Shown: positions 9,357 through 18,674 of the stretch, piece after piece
Layout of the letters: the number at the start of each line of letters is the position of its first letter
How positions within the stretch are numbered: the first letter of the stretch is position 1
Virus record (IMG/VR): IMGVR_UViG_3300001528_000921
Location: 3,049 to 67,048 of that record
Reading direction: 5' to 3' (one strand)
Length of the DNA stretch: 64,000 nt
Source: a virus
Taxonomy: Duplodnaviria > Caudoviricetes
Translations under genes and position numbers: made by a program
Notes under the pieces: model-generated
Database searches by the model: none
Told to the model about the DNA's origin: nothing
The model's input: the letters and a program-made list of their open reading frames with translations, nothing else

Positions 9357-9632
9357 TTGCCGATTATGGGTTTCGGCGTTGAAAGGTTGAAGAAGATGAA
9401 AAACGACATTACAGCTTTAGGTATGATTTCGTTCGTCAACGGAGCGCGGCAGGCGTTTGCCGCGTTGCTGGATTTGCGTGAACGGCGTTCCGAAATCGAT
9501 GTCGATTCGCTGTTTGATGCAATTGCATCGGTGAAAGAGCATCTCGATTCGTTGGTTCCTGCGGAAATCCGCGAGTTGGACAGTTCGGCGCCTGCGTTTG
9601 AAATCAAAATCAGAAAGGAAACTTTACAATGA
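9357..9632 (+). CDS. Hypothetical protein (start probably ~9396)
   Basis: Operon ORF coupled to the next gene. Confidence 0.55.
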   Translation: MPIMGFGVERLKKMKNDITALGMISFVNGARQAFAALLDLRERRSEIDVDSLFDAIASVKEHLDSLVPAEIRELDSSAPAFEIKIRKETLQ

Positions 9633-10159
9633 CCTGCAAAATACAACTTTGTTCAATTTGGGAAGGCTTCGACGGCGAACGATTTGAAGTGGTTGACAGC
9701 CGCGACAAAACTGTTGTTCTTCGTTCGACCAGTGATGGTCGGCGTTTGGAAGTTCCAACATGGAAGTTTGAAGCGGGGATGCTCCGTGAGGTAAAACATG
9801 GGCGTCGGCGCCTGTTTGTTCCTTCCGACATCAAACTCGGACACGAGCTTTGGGCTTTGGATTATGGGACAGCGATTCGACCTTCGGCGAAATCCAAACG
9901 CAAAAATCGGTACCTGTGCCGGATTTATTCGGACGAAGGTGCGGGCTCGGTTTCGTACAAGCATCTGTCCGCTCGACAGATTTGCGCTCGCTTGAACACG
10001 AAAGTCGACCATGTGGTTGACGGGGATTTGCGACCGGGGTGTGAATTGATTTGCGGGATTCGGATTGACCGCAGACATGGAAATTTCGTTCGGTTTTCTG
10101 CGCGTGCTGGCGACTTTGTTTCCAACATTGAAATTTTTTTGAAGGTGGTGAATGACTAA
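9629..10159 (+). CDS. Hypothetical protein
   Basis: AAGGA RBS, ATGA overlap. Confidence 0.65.
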   Translation: MTCKIQLCSIWEGFDGERFEVVDSRDKTVVLRSTSDGRRLEVPTWKFEAGMLREVKHGRRRLFVPSDIKLGHELWALDYGTAIRPSAKSKRKNRYLCRIYSDEGAGSVSYKHLSARQICARLNTKVDHVVDGDLRPGCELICGIRIDRRHGNFVRFSARAGDFVSNIEIFLKVVND

Positions 10160-10400
10160 CAAACCTAAACTTTACACAGCTACGTTTTGCCCGAAGTGCC
10201 GGCAAATACACCAATGGTTCCCAGACGGATTTGAATTTGTTTCCGTCGACAAATGGGGACACGAGGAAATCGAAAGTGCAGGGTTGACAGCGCTTCCGAC
10301 TGTTGAATTGCCCGACGGAAAGAAGATTTACGCCGGCGCGATGTCAAAAAGTCAACTCCAAAACTTGTTGGAGGGTGGAACCGATGCCCAAAACAAATGA
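10152..10400 (+). CDS. Glutaredoxin/thioredoxin-like protein
   Basis: CPKC redox motif and LPTV cis-Pro motif. Confidence 0.75.
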   Translation: MTNKPKLYTATFCPKCRQIHQWFPDGFEFVSVDKWGHEEIESAGLTALPTVELPDGKKIYAGAMSKSQLQNLLEGGTDAQNK

Positions 10401-10629
10401 CGAATTGAAATCTGCGCTCGCTTCCGGCATTGTGCGCCTGTCTTTTAAAAAGAAAGACGGCACGATCCGCAAGATGCGTGCGACCACGCAGCCAAGTGTG
10501 GTTCAGCCGTTGATTAAACCTGGCGCGGCGCCGAGGAAGCCTAATCCCGACGTTTGCTGTGTGGTCGATGTCGAAAAGAACGAGTTTCGGTCTTTTCGTT
10601 GGGATTCCTTAATCTCTTGGGAGGTCTAA
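10384..10629 (+). CDS. WYL/SH3-like phage protein (DUF2693-like)
   Basis: FKKKDGTIRKMRAT...DVEKNEFRSFRWDSL signature; GGAGG RBS. Confidence 0.75.
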   Translation: MPKTNDELKSALASGIVRLSFKKKDGTIRKMRATTQPSVVQPLIKPGAAPRKPNPDVCCVVDVEKNEFRSFRWDSLISWEV

Positions 10630-10630
10630 C

Positions 10631-10867
10631 TTGGAAAAACATAAAACTGCCATTCTCCGCGGCATCATGGCTGGGAAATCGAACGAGGAAATCGCCGAAT
10701 CGCTCAATGGAGCGCTGGCGTTTCAGTCGATAAAACAGTACAATTACATCATTTTCCGTCAGTTTGGAGTGAAAAACCGCGTCGAATTGATGGCGAAACT
10801 GTTTCGGAAAATCGTTTCTGAAGACCAAATCGAAAACATGTTGAAAGGATTGGAAAATGTCAAATGA
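10631..10867 (+). CDS. LuxR-type HTH protein
   Basis: GKSNEEIAESL...IFRQFGVKNRVEL matches a LuxR HTH pattern. Confidence 0.7.
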   Translation: MEKHKTAILRGIMAGKSNEEIAESLNGALAFQSIKQYNYIIFRQFGVKNRVELMAKLFRKIVSEDQIENMLKGLENVK

Positions 10868-11093
10868 AATTGATGCGAGCCAGCTTTTGTCTTACGTTGA
10901 ACGTGTCGAGCGTCTGAACGAAGAAGTGAAAGCTCTGCAAACGGACGTCAAAGAAATCTACAAAGAAGCTGAATCGAACGGATACGACGTCAAAGCGCTG
11001 AAAGCGATCGTCGCGCTGCGCAAACTGGATGAGGTGGAACGCGAGGAAGCGCAAACGGTGCTTGACGTCTATAAAGCCGCGTTGGGTATGTGA
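10857..11093 (+). CDS. gapR: GapR/DUF2312-family nucleoid-associated DNA-binding protein
   Basis: QLLSYVERVERLNEE...KEAESNGYDVKAL...LRK...YKAALGM closely follows the GapR pattern. Confidence 0.85.
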   Translation: MSNEIDASQLLSYVERVERLNEEVKALQTDVKEIYKEAESNGYDVKALKAIVALRKLDEVEREEAQTVLDVYKAALGM

Positions 11094-11524
11094 AGATGGC
11101 TGCTTGGGGTTGGCATTTTGTTTCTGGGGTTGAGTTCTTCCTCGAACCGGGGAAAGTGCCGCCCCTGTGCCCGGTCGCTGTACCGACGTTGGAATGTCCG
11201 CACCGAACCGTCGGTGAACCAAGGAAGCTCGCTTTTCGATGCGACAGAGTGTATTTGAGCGCGAGCCGCCCAACGGTTGAAAACGTCGAATGGTCGGACG
11301 ACGTATTCTATTACGGAATCAAGTCGTTTAAGCAGATCGAGGAGCGCTGCGCGACGACACAGGGTTATGTGCCTTTGGTCGTTCATAATTTACGCTTGTT
11401 CGATAAGACCGAAGACGTGTTTCGGCGGGCGTTGGCGGTGGCGAGTTCGAGCGGGCGTCCGATTGTGTTTGTGAGCGAGGATTCGGATTGGATTGTCGCT
11501 CCGAGTTTTGTGGAAAGGATTTGA
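11090..11524 (+). CDS. Hypothetical protein
   Basis: GTGA-coupled operon ORF. Confidence 0.55.
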   Translation: MKMAAWGWHFVSGVEFFLEPGKVPPLCPVAVPTLECPHRTVGEPRKLAFRCDRVYLSASRPTVENVEWSDDVFYYGIKSFKQIEERCATTQGYVPLVVHNLRLFDKTEDVFRRALAVASSSGRPIVFVSEDSDWIVAPSFVERI

Positions 11525-11526
11525 GG

Positions 11527-11814
11527 ATGGAAATCGACATCGACATCGACGGCTTGCATTGCGACGGCAAGCTGGTTATGATTTGGGCGGACGCGTCCGA
11601 TTTGGTCGCACGGGATAAGTTGATTGCTGAGTTCGAGGTGCCTGATTTGCCCGCGGAGGAACGGGACAAGTTGAACGATCGGATTTGGGAACTTGAAGAC
11701 AAAGTGCAAGACCTCGAAGACGAAATGGATGGCTACAAATCGGATTGCGATTATTTGGAAGAATTGGTTGAAAAACTGAAAGGGGAAGTAAAAAATGGAC
11801 TGCACGAAAATTAA
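11527..11814 (+). CDS. Acidic coiled-coil hypothetical protein
   Basis: GAGG RBS before ATG 11527; heptad pattern. Confidence 0.6.
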   Translation: MEIDIDIDGLHCDGKLVMIWADASDLVARDKLIAEFEVPDLPAEERDKLNDRIWELEDKVQDLEDEMDGYKSDCDYLEELVEKLKGEVKNGLHEN

Positions 11815-11930
11815 AACCGGCGACAAAATCAAGCTCCGTTCCGAACCCGACAAGTGGTGGACGGTTGAAATGATTGTCGAAATGACAACGGAAATCCGCA
11901 GCGGGAAGCTGTGTTGCCGAATGTTTTACT

Positions 11931-12398
11931 TTGTCGAGCCGCATCCGCCGGCAACAGAGACGAATGTTGTGGGGCATAAAGCGAATGGCGCGGTGGACAG
12001 CTGAGCGCAACGCGGAGTTTGCACGAAGATATAGAGCTGGTGAGTCGTTCGAGTCGATTCTCAAATCGTGTTCGCTCGAACGGCACGCCTTGCGCATGGC
12101 TCTCAAATCCGAGGGCTGCGTCGTGCGAACGAAAACCGAAGCGAAGTTTCGGGAATCGCTTTCCGAATGGCATCGCCAGTTCGGACTGATGATTTCCGAG
12201 CTTCTTATCGACCACGATTTGGAGCGGCGGCAAGTCGCAATGAAGCTCGGCATGTCGCTGAACCAGCTGATTGCGATATGTCGCGGTGAGTACGACCTGA
12301 CCATTCGGCAGCTTATCATTCTGTGCGACTGGTTCGAACTTGATACCGCCGAAGTCTTTGAAAAGTTTTTGGAGAAAAAGAGTCATGGAAAAATTTGA
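11931..12398 (+). CDS. XRE-type HTH regulator (start uncertain)
   Basis: RRQVAMKLGMSLNQLIAICRGEYDLT HTH in the C-terminal half. Confidence 0.7.
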   Translation: MSSRIRRQQRRMLWGIKRMARWTAERNAEFARRYRAGESFESILKSCSLERHALRMALKSEGCVVRTKTEAKFRESLSEWHRQFGLMISELLIDHDLERRQVAMKLGMSLNQLIAICRGEYDLTIRQLIILCDWFELDTAEVFEKFLEKKSHGKI

Positions 12399-12712
12399 AA
12401 TTAAATACTCGCCCGACCATGGCGACAACGTTTACGTCATTGAAGTTGAAGCTGAATCGATGGCGAAAGCTCGAATCGAAGCGTGGCATACAATCAATTC
12501 TTGGCGGTCGCTCGACAAGGAAGACATTTCGTTCAAAACATTTTTGGAGTGGATGACATGGGGTGCGCGGTCGTGATTGGAATCCCCGCTCTCTGCTTCT
12601 ACATCGGATACCTGATGGGAACGAGCGGGTCGAGGGGATTGGCGTTTGAGTTTTTGTGCGAGCGGAACCTTGAGGCTGAATTTGAAAAATGGACTAAGAA
12701 GAAAGCGGGGCT

Positions 12713-12904
12713 GTGATGCTTGATTTATCCGCATGGTTTTCTCCAACGTTTTTGGATTTGATTTGGTATCACTTGTTCGGGCATTTCATCGGGTACACGA
12801 AACAGCAAACGAAAGCGTGGTTCGCAAAGCAAAACGCCGAACGGCAAAATTCTGTTGACGAATTCAATGAAATTTTGTATAAGGAAGGTGACGAATTCAA
12901 ATAA
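12713..12904 (+). CDS. Small hypothetical protein
   Basis: Last ORF before the RNA array; stop at 12904. Confidence 0.55.
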   Translation: MMLDLSAWFSPTFLDLIWYHLFGHFIGYTKQQTKAWFAKQNAERQNSVDEFNEILYKEGDEFK

Positions 12905-12906
12905 GT

Positions 12907-13374
12907 CAGCGGAAAATCTCGGATGGCGCGGCGACGTCAACAGGAAACAATGCTTGGGAAGTCCGCTGCGACGTGCCTGTACGTTTCATTACTTTCCTAA
13001 TTTTTCCATTCGCCGAAAATTACTTACCGCCCAACCTTAAAGCGGTCGCCGTGGGTCGTAAGAAGTTGATGCTTGTTCGGGGGCGGTTTGCTTGAGTATG
13101 GCAATTCTTACCGAATAATCACTTCATCACGGCAAATTTTATGCGAACGCCGCCTACTCCAAGCGGTCGCCGCGGATCGTAAGAAACAATGCCAAGCTGG
13201 GGCGGCGGTCTTCATGGACCCATATTCAGCAAATTGTTTCATCGCGGCAAAATAAACGTAAGTCCGACCGTTTCCAAACGGCGAGCCGCGGCGTCGAAAA
13301 GTCAGATGCCAAACCGGAGGTCGGACGGGGGTAGCAAAGTCCCTTCATAGACCGGTGAATCAACTGCCCGCGGC
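12907..13374 (+). ncRNA. Tandem array of four structured ~120-nt RNA-like units (unknown family)
   Basis: Each unit has a 7-8 bp closing stem, a 6-7 nt loop segment pairing with a downstream segment, a small hairpin and a conserved ATGC; the pairings covary between units. Confidence 0.7.
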
Positions 13375-13405
13375 ACACAATTTTCAACCCTGAAAGGAAA
13401 TCGAG

Positions 13406-14758
13406 ATGAACCCAGAGTTCGGGCTTCGCCCTTACCAAGCGCAGCATTGTGCTTTTCACATAACGCACAGAGCTTCTCTGAATTATTCCGCATGTGCGAC
13501 GGGCAAGACCTACACGATGGCGTGGCTTGCCGAGTATTACTGGAAGACCGAACAGTGCAAGACAGTTTTGATAAATCCGATTTCCTTGTCGGTCAAAAAC
13601 AAAGATGAAATCGTCCGCTTTACGGATTTCGCAGACGACGAAGTTCAGATTGTTTCTGGGACGCCGGCAAAACGCGCTCGTCAATGGAAAAATGTCAAAG
13701 CAAAGGTGTTTATCGTTGGTCCCGACTTGTTCGGGAAAGAATGGGAGCAAATGCTTCCCGACGTGAAATCGATTCTGGTCGACGAATCGCATTTAGCATA
13801 CAGCGGACACAAATCGGCACGTACCCAAGCGTTCTACATGGCGCAGAAAAACGCAAATCATATCACGTTTTTCACGGCGACGCCGTTGTCGTCCGGTTCG
13901 GCGTCTTGCGCCTATCCTTTGTTCGCGGTTTGCGCTCCGAGAATTTACACGAACAATCAGCGTTTCATGAATTACCATTGCATCCGTTCGAACCTCGGCT
14001 TCATCGTTGGGTGGAAGAACCTCGATGTGTTGGGACGGAATTTGAAAACGTTTTCGGTAGGAATTTCGTTTGCCGAAGCGTACAAAAACTCGCCGGGAAA
14101 TATCATTTCGTTTGAGAAATGCGGTTTCGATGACGATGAGCTTGAGCGGATTTATACCGAAATGGAAGAAGAAGGCTTGGCTGAATTGGAAGACCATTAC
14201 GTTGAAACTCCGAATGGAGCCGTGGCGCTGATGAAATGCCGTCAACTTTTGTCTTGTCCTGAAGCGGTCGGGTATAATCCAAAAAAGCTTGCAAAAATGG
14301 AATTGTTGCGGACGCACTTGCAGCGAATCGTTGACGGTGCCGAGAAACAGATTCTTGTTTTTAGCTGCTTCGTCGCCGCGCAGGAACGTGTGGTCGCGCT
14401 CTGCAAGGAAATGGGCTTGAGCGTTGGACTAATCAACGGTTCTGTTGTTGGTGGCGCCCGCGCCCAGATTTCAGACGATTTTGCAAAAGATAGGCTTCAA
14501 GTTCTGGTCGCATCGCCGCTCACAATGTCCGTTGGACACAATTTTCAAAATATCGACGAACTGGTTTTCGTTGATTGTGACTGGTCTTTGTCTTCCTTCG
14601 AGCAAGCGTGCTTCCGCGGCAACCGCGGCGGGCGTTCGACACCGCTTCCGATTACGATTCTGGTCGTGGATTGCAAAGTCGAGAAACGCTACTGGAAAAA
14701 ACTGTTGGGAGAAAAAACTCAATATAAACAAATAGTTGACTCCCAACTCAAAGAATAA
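13406..14758 (+). CDS. SF2 (SNF2/DExH-like) helicase
   Basis: ACATGKT Walker A, DESH motif II, TATP motif III, GHNFQ, EQACFRGNRGG motif VI. Confidence 0.9.
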   Translation: MNPEFGLRPYQAQHCAFHITHRASLNYSACATGKTYTMAWLAEYYWKTEQCKTVLINPISLSVKNKDEIVRFTDFADDEVQIVSGTPAKRARQWKNVKAKVFIVGPDLFGKEWEQMLPDVKSILVDESHLAYSGHKSARTQAFYMAQKNANHITFFTATPLSSGSASCAYPLFAVCAPRIYTNNQRFMNYHCIRSNLGFIVGWKNLDVLGRNLKTFSVGISFAEAYKNSPGNIISFEKCGFDDDELERIYTEMEEEGLAELEDHYVETPNGAVALMKCRQLLSCPEAVGYNPKKLAKMELLRTHLQRIVDGAEKQILVFSCFVAAQERVVALCKEMGLSVGLINGSVVGGARAQISDDFAKDRLQVLVASPLTMSVGHNFQNIDELVFVDCDWSLSSFEQACFRGNRGGRSTPLPITILVVDCKVEKRYWKKLLGEKTQYKQIVDSQLKE

Positions 14759-14803
14759 GAAACGGCGGTCAGGCGACGGTTCTTAAATTTTTCGATTTTC
14801 CGC

Positions 14804-14833
14804 TTGACAACGGGCGTGACGATCCCCTAACCT
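14804..14833 (+). promoter_or_regulatory. Sigma70-like promoter candidate
   Basis: TTGACA, then TAACCT after an 18-nt spacer, upstream of ORF 14881. Confidence 0.45.
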
Positions 14834-14880
14834 AATCATCGTCTAATTCATTAACTCTAACTGAAAGTGAGAACTTCAAA

Positions 14881-15675
14881 ATGTCTAACTTAATTTCCGA
14901 TGTCAACGTCATTAAAGCCATGATTGAAAAAGGCGTAACGGTTTGCCCCGACAACGTTGACCCCAACACGTTCAATGTGTTGATTACCGCTTATGGTCCC
15001 AAATCATCCGTTGTTGAAGATTGTCCGTTTGACGTTGTGACACCCGCGGGTCAGAACAATGCTCTGGTCGCGCAGCCGTCCGCTCCCACCACGGGATTGA
15101 CGATGCCGGCGAATGGCGAATCGTTCGATTTGGATGACTTTGAAAAGAGCGGCTCGAACGTTGACGGTTGGTTGTCTGTCGCTGCCGGCGTTTACAAGTT
15201 CGCGGGTCAGGCAATCAAAATGCCGGACGACGGTATCAAATGTGTGCTGCACGGTGAAGCGACGAAAATCGCTCAAGGCATCCGCTGCACGAACCCGCGC
15301 GATCCTTCCGATTATCAGTATCATAAAAGTTACAACGGTCGCACGACCTCGGACGGTTTGAACTGGGCGGATGTTGTCGCGAACTGCCAGCGCATCAACG
15401 ACAAAGCCTACGTTTATTTCTTGGCTGAAATGGAATTGACGACGGAAGATCCGATTATGGACGTCACGGGCAAAAAGATTGTCGCCGAAGCGGGAACTCG
15501 CGTTGGTTTCGGAAACGCTCCGACAGGTGGCAAGTACGTCAAAGATTTCAACAATGAACTGAAAGCTGAAGGTAAGACGATTAAATCGCCGGACGTTCCG
15601 TGTGTTCTGAAACCGATGTTGGTTCAGCCGCGCAACGGGAACCCGTATCCGATTATCGTCATAGAAAAACGGTAA
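14881..15675 (+). CDS. Replication-module protein, possibly ssDNA-binding
   Basis: Own promoter and terminator, located between helicase and exonuclease; function inferred from position only. Confidence 0.5.
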   Translation: MSNLISDVNVIKAMIEKGVTVCPDNVDPNTFNVLITAYGPKSSVVEDCPFDVVTPAGQNNALVAQPSAPTTGLTMPANGESFDLDDFEKSGSNVDGWLSVAAGVYKFAGQAIKMPDDGIKCVLHGEATKIAQGIRCTNPRDPSDYQYHKSYNGRTTSDGLNWADVVANCQRINDKAYVYFLAEMELTTEDPIMDVTGKKIVAEAGTRVGFGNAPTGGKYVKDFNNELKAEGKTIKSPDVPCVLKPMLVQPRNGNPYPIIVIEKR

Positions 15676-15704
15676 TTTGCATAAACAAAACGACGGGCAG
15701 CGGA

Positions 15705-15727
15705 CGACGTTGCCCGCCGGTTTTAAT
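15705..15727 (+). terminator. Probable intrinsic terminator
   Basis: CGGGCAGCG-loop-CGTTGCCCG followed by GGTTTT. Confidence 0.55.
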
Positions 15728-15745
15728 CACATAAGGAATAGGAAA

Positions 15746-16537
15746 ATGGCTCAAAAATTTGTTTTGATTGACGCGAACAACTGGTTTCGGCGTTATATGT
15801 ATTCAGACCGCTTTTTGTCGGTTGACGGAATGATTGCGGAATTGGCTGCGCTTGAACCAAATTTTCTGATTTGGGACGGGTTCAACGGAAATGCGCGTCG
15901 GCGCGCCATTTTCCCAGACTATAAGAAAGCGCGGAAAGAACGCGACATCGACACCGATTTCGAAACGCTGAACATGATTCGGAACGACTTGATGCCCTAT
16001 TTGCCGTGTGCTTCGTTTTGGGCGGACGGATATGAAGGCGACGATTTGATGAATCATACGGCTCAAGTTTTGGCTCAAGCGGACAAAGAATCTGAAATTG
16101 AAATCGTTTCGACAGATAAGGATTTAGCTGCGATTTTACCGCGGAATCCGCATTTGAAAAATCCGCTTGTTTCGGAGAAATTCATTCAGACCGTCGGCGA
16201 CCGCGCATGGATTCCGCTCTACAAAACGCTCGTCGGAGATCCGTCCGACGGAATTCCCGGACTGAAAGGATTTGGTCCGAAAGCGTGGGATTCTCTTTCG
16301 TCATGGACTCGCGACAAATTGTGCGAAGTGTTTTCGATTGGAACTTCGGACGTTTTGACGGCGGTTGAACCAGAAGAAAAAGCTCTGAGTAAAATCCAAG
16401 AGCATTTTGCCGAGCTTAAACCGATGTGGGACATCGTTTGCTTCTTCACGATTGAGCCGAGCGTAATTAAATGCTGCCCTGCGGAATACAATCCGAAGAA
16501 AATTCGTGAAATTTTAGACTTGCGAGGTGTGATGTGA
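15746..16537 (+). CDS. 5'-3' exonuclease (FEN/T5 D15/PolA-N family)
   Basis: IDANN, WDG, YKxxR, EGDD, STDKD and GDPSDGIPGLKGFG H3TH motifs. Confidence 0.92.
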   Translation: MAQKFVLIDANNWFRRYMYSDRFLSVDGMIAELAALEPNFLIWDGFNGNARRRAIFPDYKKARKERDIDTDFETLNMIRNDLMPYLPCASFWADGYEGDDLMNHTAQVLAQADKESEIEIVSTDKDLAAILPRNPHLKNPLVSEKFIQTVGDRAWIPLYKTLVGDPSDGIPGLKGFGPKAWDSLSSWTRDKLCEVFSIGTSDVLTAVEPEEKALSKIQEHFAELKPMWDIVCFFTIEPSVIKCCPAEYNPKKIREILDLRGVM

Positions 16538-16878
16538 CAGAAGACGAAAAAAAGCAGATTATCGTCGATTTTCAAAAAGCGTTTGACGTCGTGAAGTTGA
16601 GTTCGGAAATCATCGAACGGCTGACGACGCCCGCAAAACCGAACGCTGTGTATGAAGCGGTGTTGACAAAGTTTGAAAGCGGGAAGTCGAAGTTCGGAAA
16701 ACCGTACAAGAAAGTGGAAATGAAAACTGATAAGAAGGAAATTCTGACCACGTTCTTTTCGGACTTCACTTCGCAGGAATATGGGGAATTTGAAATGAAA
16801 GCCGAAATCGGCGCTCGGTATCGGGTTCTGTACGTCGGCGGCAAGTTCCCGGAAATCAAGATTTTGGAAAGGATTTGA
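16534..16878 (+). CDS. Hypothetical protein (possible OB-fold)
   Basis: GTGA-coupled ORF. Confidence 0.6.
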   Translation: MTEDEKKQIIVDFQKAFDVVKLSSEIIERLTTPAKPNAVYEAVLTKFESGKSKFGKPYKKVEMKTDKKEILTTFFSDFTSQEYGEFEMKAEIGARYRVLYVGGKFPEIKILERI

Positions 16879-16881
16879 GAG

Positions 16882-17607
16882 TTGGGTGTACTTTACAACG
16901 GAAAAAATCTTCGCGAGAATTGCGAGGAGCTTGGACTGGTTTATCGGACGGTTCTAAATCGAAGAGGTCGTCATCCGTTCCAAGATCCAAAAGAAAGTTT
17001 GGTTGCTCCGCGAACTGGAAAAGGCGGACGGAAATGCGTGAAGTATTTTACGGAGCGGGGAACAAAAGTTTCCGCGCTCTACGAAAAAATTGACTACGAC
17101 CGTTTCTGCCGCTGTATGCAGCGCGGTTTGAGCTACGCCGACTGTGTAAAACGAATCGAGGTTGTGTGGGATCGCGTTAAATTCAAATCGTGGTGTAAAC
17201 GTAATGATTTGAATTTTGAATTGGCGTCCGAAATGTTTTCCAAAGGTTTGACAACGGAAGACATTTATCTTCAACTCTCCAAAACCACAATCTCGCTTGC
17301 TGATTGGTGTGAAAAGACGGGGGTTCCGTATTTCGAAGCGTTTAACAGGATGTCGAAGAATCCGACTTGGACTCGCGAAGATTTAATCGCTTATCTGAAT
17401 GCTTCTGACGATTTTGTTTTGTACGATGGGAGATGGGAACTTGCTTTGAATGGAGAGCCAATTCGTTTACTGTTTTCGGATAAGTTTTGCAAAGAGGTCG
17501 CGAGAAAAATCAGAAACTTGCGGTTTTCGAAATCTCCGAACGGGCGAGTGGTTCGTGCAATTGAAATGCTAAAGAAGGAAGGATTTGATCATGGAGAACC
17601 TTGCTGA
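16882..17607 (+). CDS. Protein with three repeated small HTH-like modules
   Basis: Repeats LRENCEELGLVY / FKSWCKRNDLNF / LADWCEKTGVPY. Confidence 0.65.
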   Translation: MGVLYNGKNLRENCEELGLVYRTVLNRRGRHPFQDPKESLVAPRTGKGGRKCVKYFTERGTKVSALYEKIDYDRFCRCMQRGLSYADCVKRIEVVWDRVKFKSWCKRNDLNFELASEMFSKGLTTEDIYLQLSKTTISLADWCEKTGVPYFEAFNRMSKNPTWTREDLIAYLNASDDFVLYDGRWELALNGEPIRLLFSDKFCKEVARKIRNLRFSKSPNGRVVRAIEMLKKEGFDHGEPC

Positions 17608-18169
17608 ATGGTGCCGTCAAACGGGCGTCGATTATCAATATGCCTGGAAGCGAATCAACGTCGAAAGACTTTCTCCGGAAACAGTGTTGTTTTGCTGGAA
17701 CAATCATAAATTTCAAAAGTGGGTGAAAGCAAACGATTTGCCAGAGAATCAAGCATTTTCGCTGCGGGATGCCGGCATGGACACGGACGAAATTCTTAAG
17801 GTCTTTAACAAACAGTCTGTAAAACAACCGATAAAACAAAAACCATTCGTTCGATTCCAAAAATGGTGTGAGAAAGTTGGACTTCCGTATCGATACGCCA
17901 GAAACATTCAAACGAATTACGGGTTCAGAACCAGAGAACAACTGCTGAATTGGTTTAAAGATTCTCGCGATTGGGTGTTTCACGGCGGGAGGTGGACTTA
18001 CGGGTACAAAGGAGCGCCGATTGAAGAATGGTTCACTGAAGAGGAATGTAAGCTTATTTGGGAAAGAGCACATTGGTTCGCGATTTCCCAATGCCCGCGC
18101 GGTCGTGTTGAACGAACGATTGACCGCTTTAAACTCAAACCTAAATTTCATGGAAAGGGTGAAGGATGA
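17585..18169 (+). CDS. Paralogue of the preceding repeat protein
   Basis: LAEWCRQTGVDY / FQKWVKANDL / FQKWCEKVGLPY; shared GRW and GRV C-terminal motifs. Confidence 0.65.
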   Translation: MIMENLAEWCRQTGVDYQYAWKRINVERLSPETVLFCWNNHKFQKWVKANDLPENQAFSLRDAGMDTDEILKVFNKQSVKQPIKQKPFVRFQKWCEKVGLPYRYARNIQTNYGFRTREQLLNWFKDSRDWVFHGGRWTYGYKGAPIEEWFTEEECKLIWERAHWFAISQCPRGRVERTIDRFKLKPKFHGKGEG

Positions 18170-18323
18170 TTTCTTTACTTTGCGCTTTTATCGGATGCCT
18201 GCTTACGGCGTTTGGTTGTGACGTTGTTTCCGATGGCGGGATGCTGTTTTTCGCCATCGGATTGGAATCGGTGTTTTGGCTATGTGTTTGGGCTTTGTAT
18301 TTGATTTGGAAAGGGCTTGAGAA

Positions 18324-18509
18324 ATGATGTGGGACGATGACGTGAAGTTTGCACTTGGAATAGTTTTGTTTGGTCTTTTTCTCCTTATAGGAGTGGCTTT
18401 CTACGATTTTTCAAAATCTGTAGGAAAACAGGAATTTTTGAACGAATTGTGTTCCAAGACGAAATATGATTTTTGCGTTCCGAAACAGGAATGGGATTTG
18501 CGGAAATGA
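18324..18509 (+). CDS. Small membrane protein with LC..K..YDFC motif
   Basis: N-terminal TM helix; paralogue at 27358. Confidence 0.6.
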   Translation: MMWDDDVKFALGIVLFGLFLLIGVAFYDFSKSVGKQEFLNELCSKTKYDFCVPKQEWDLRK

Positions 18510-18674
18510 GAGAACGGCGACCGATTAAGCTCAGCCACTGCTGTATGAATTTTGAACCCGAATTGTCGATCGACAGTTACAGCACGATTGAAATCAAATG
18601 TCCGAAATGCGGTCGGCGAGTCGTCGTTCAGCATTGCGGAATAAAAACCGCCGTCGAATTGTGGAATAGGGAGA

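Noticed and set aside
12907-13374. CRISPR array, TIGR array, tRNAs or HDV-like/theta ribozymes
   Set aside because: No identical repeats with spacers, no box C/D motifs or Nop-domain gene, no cloverleaf, and no P1.1 or short J4/2 catalytic core
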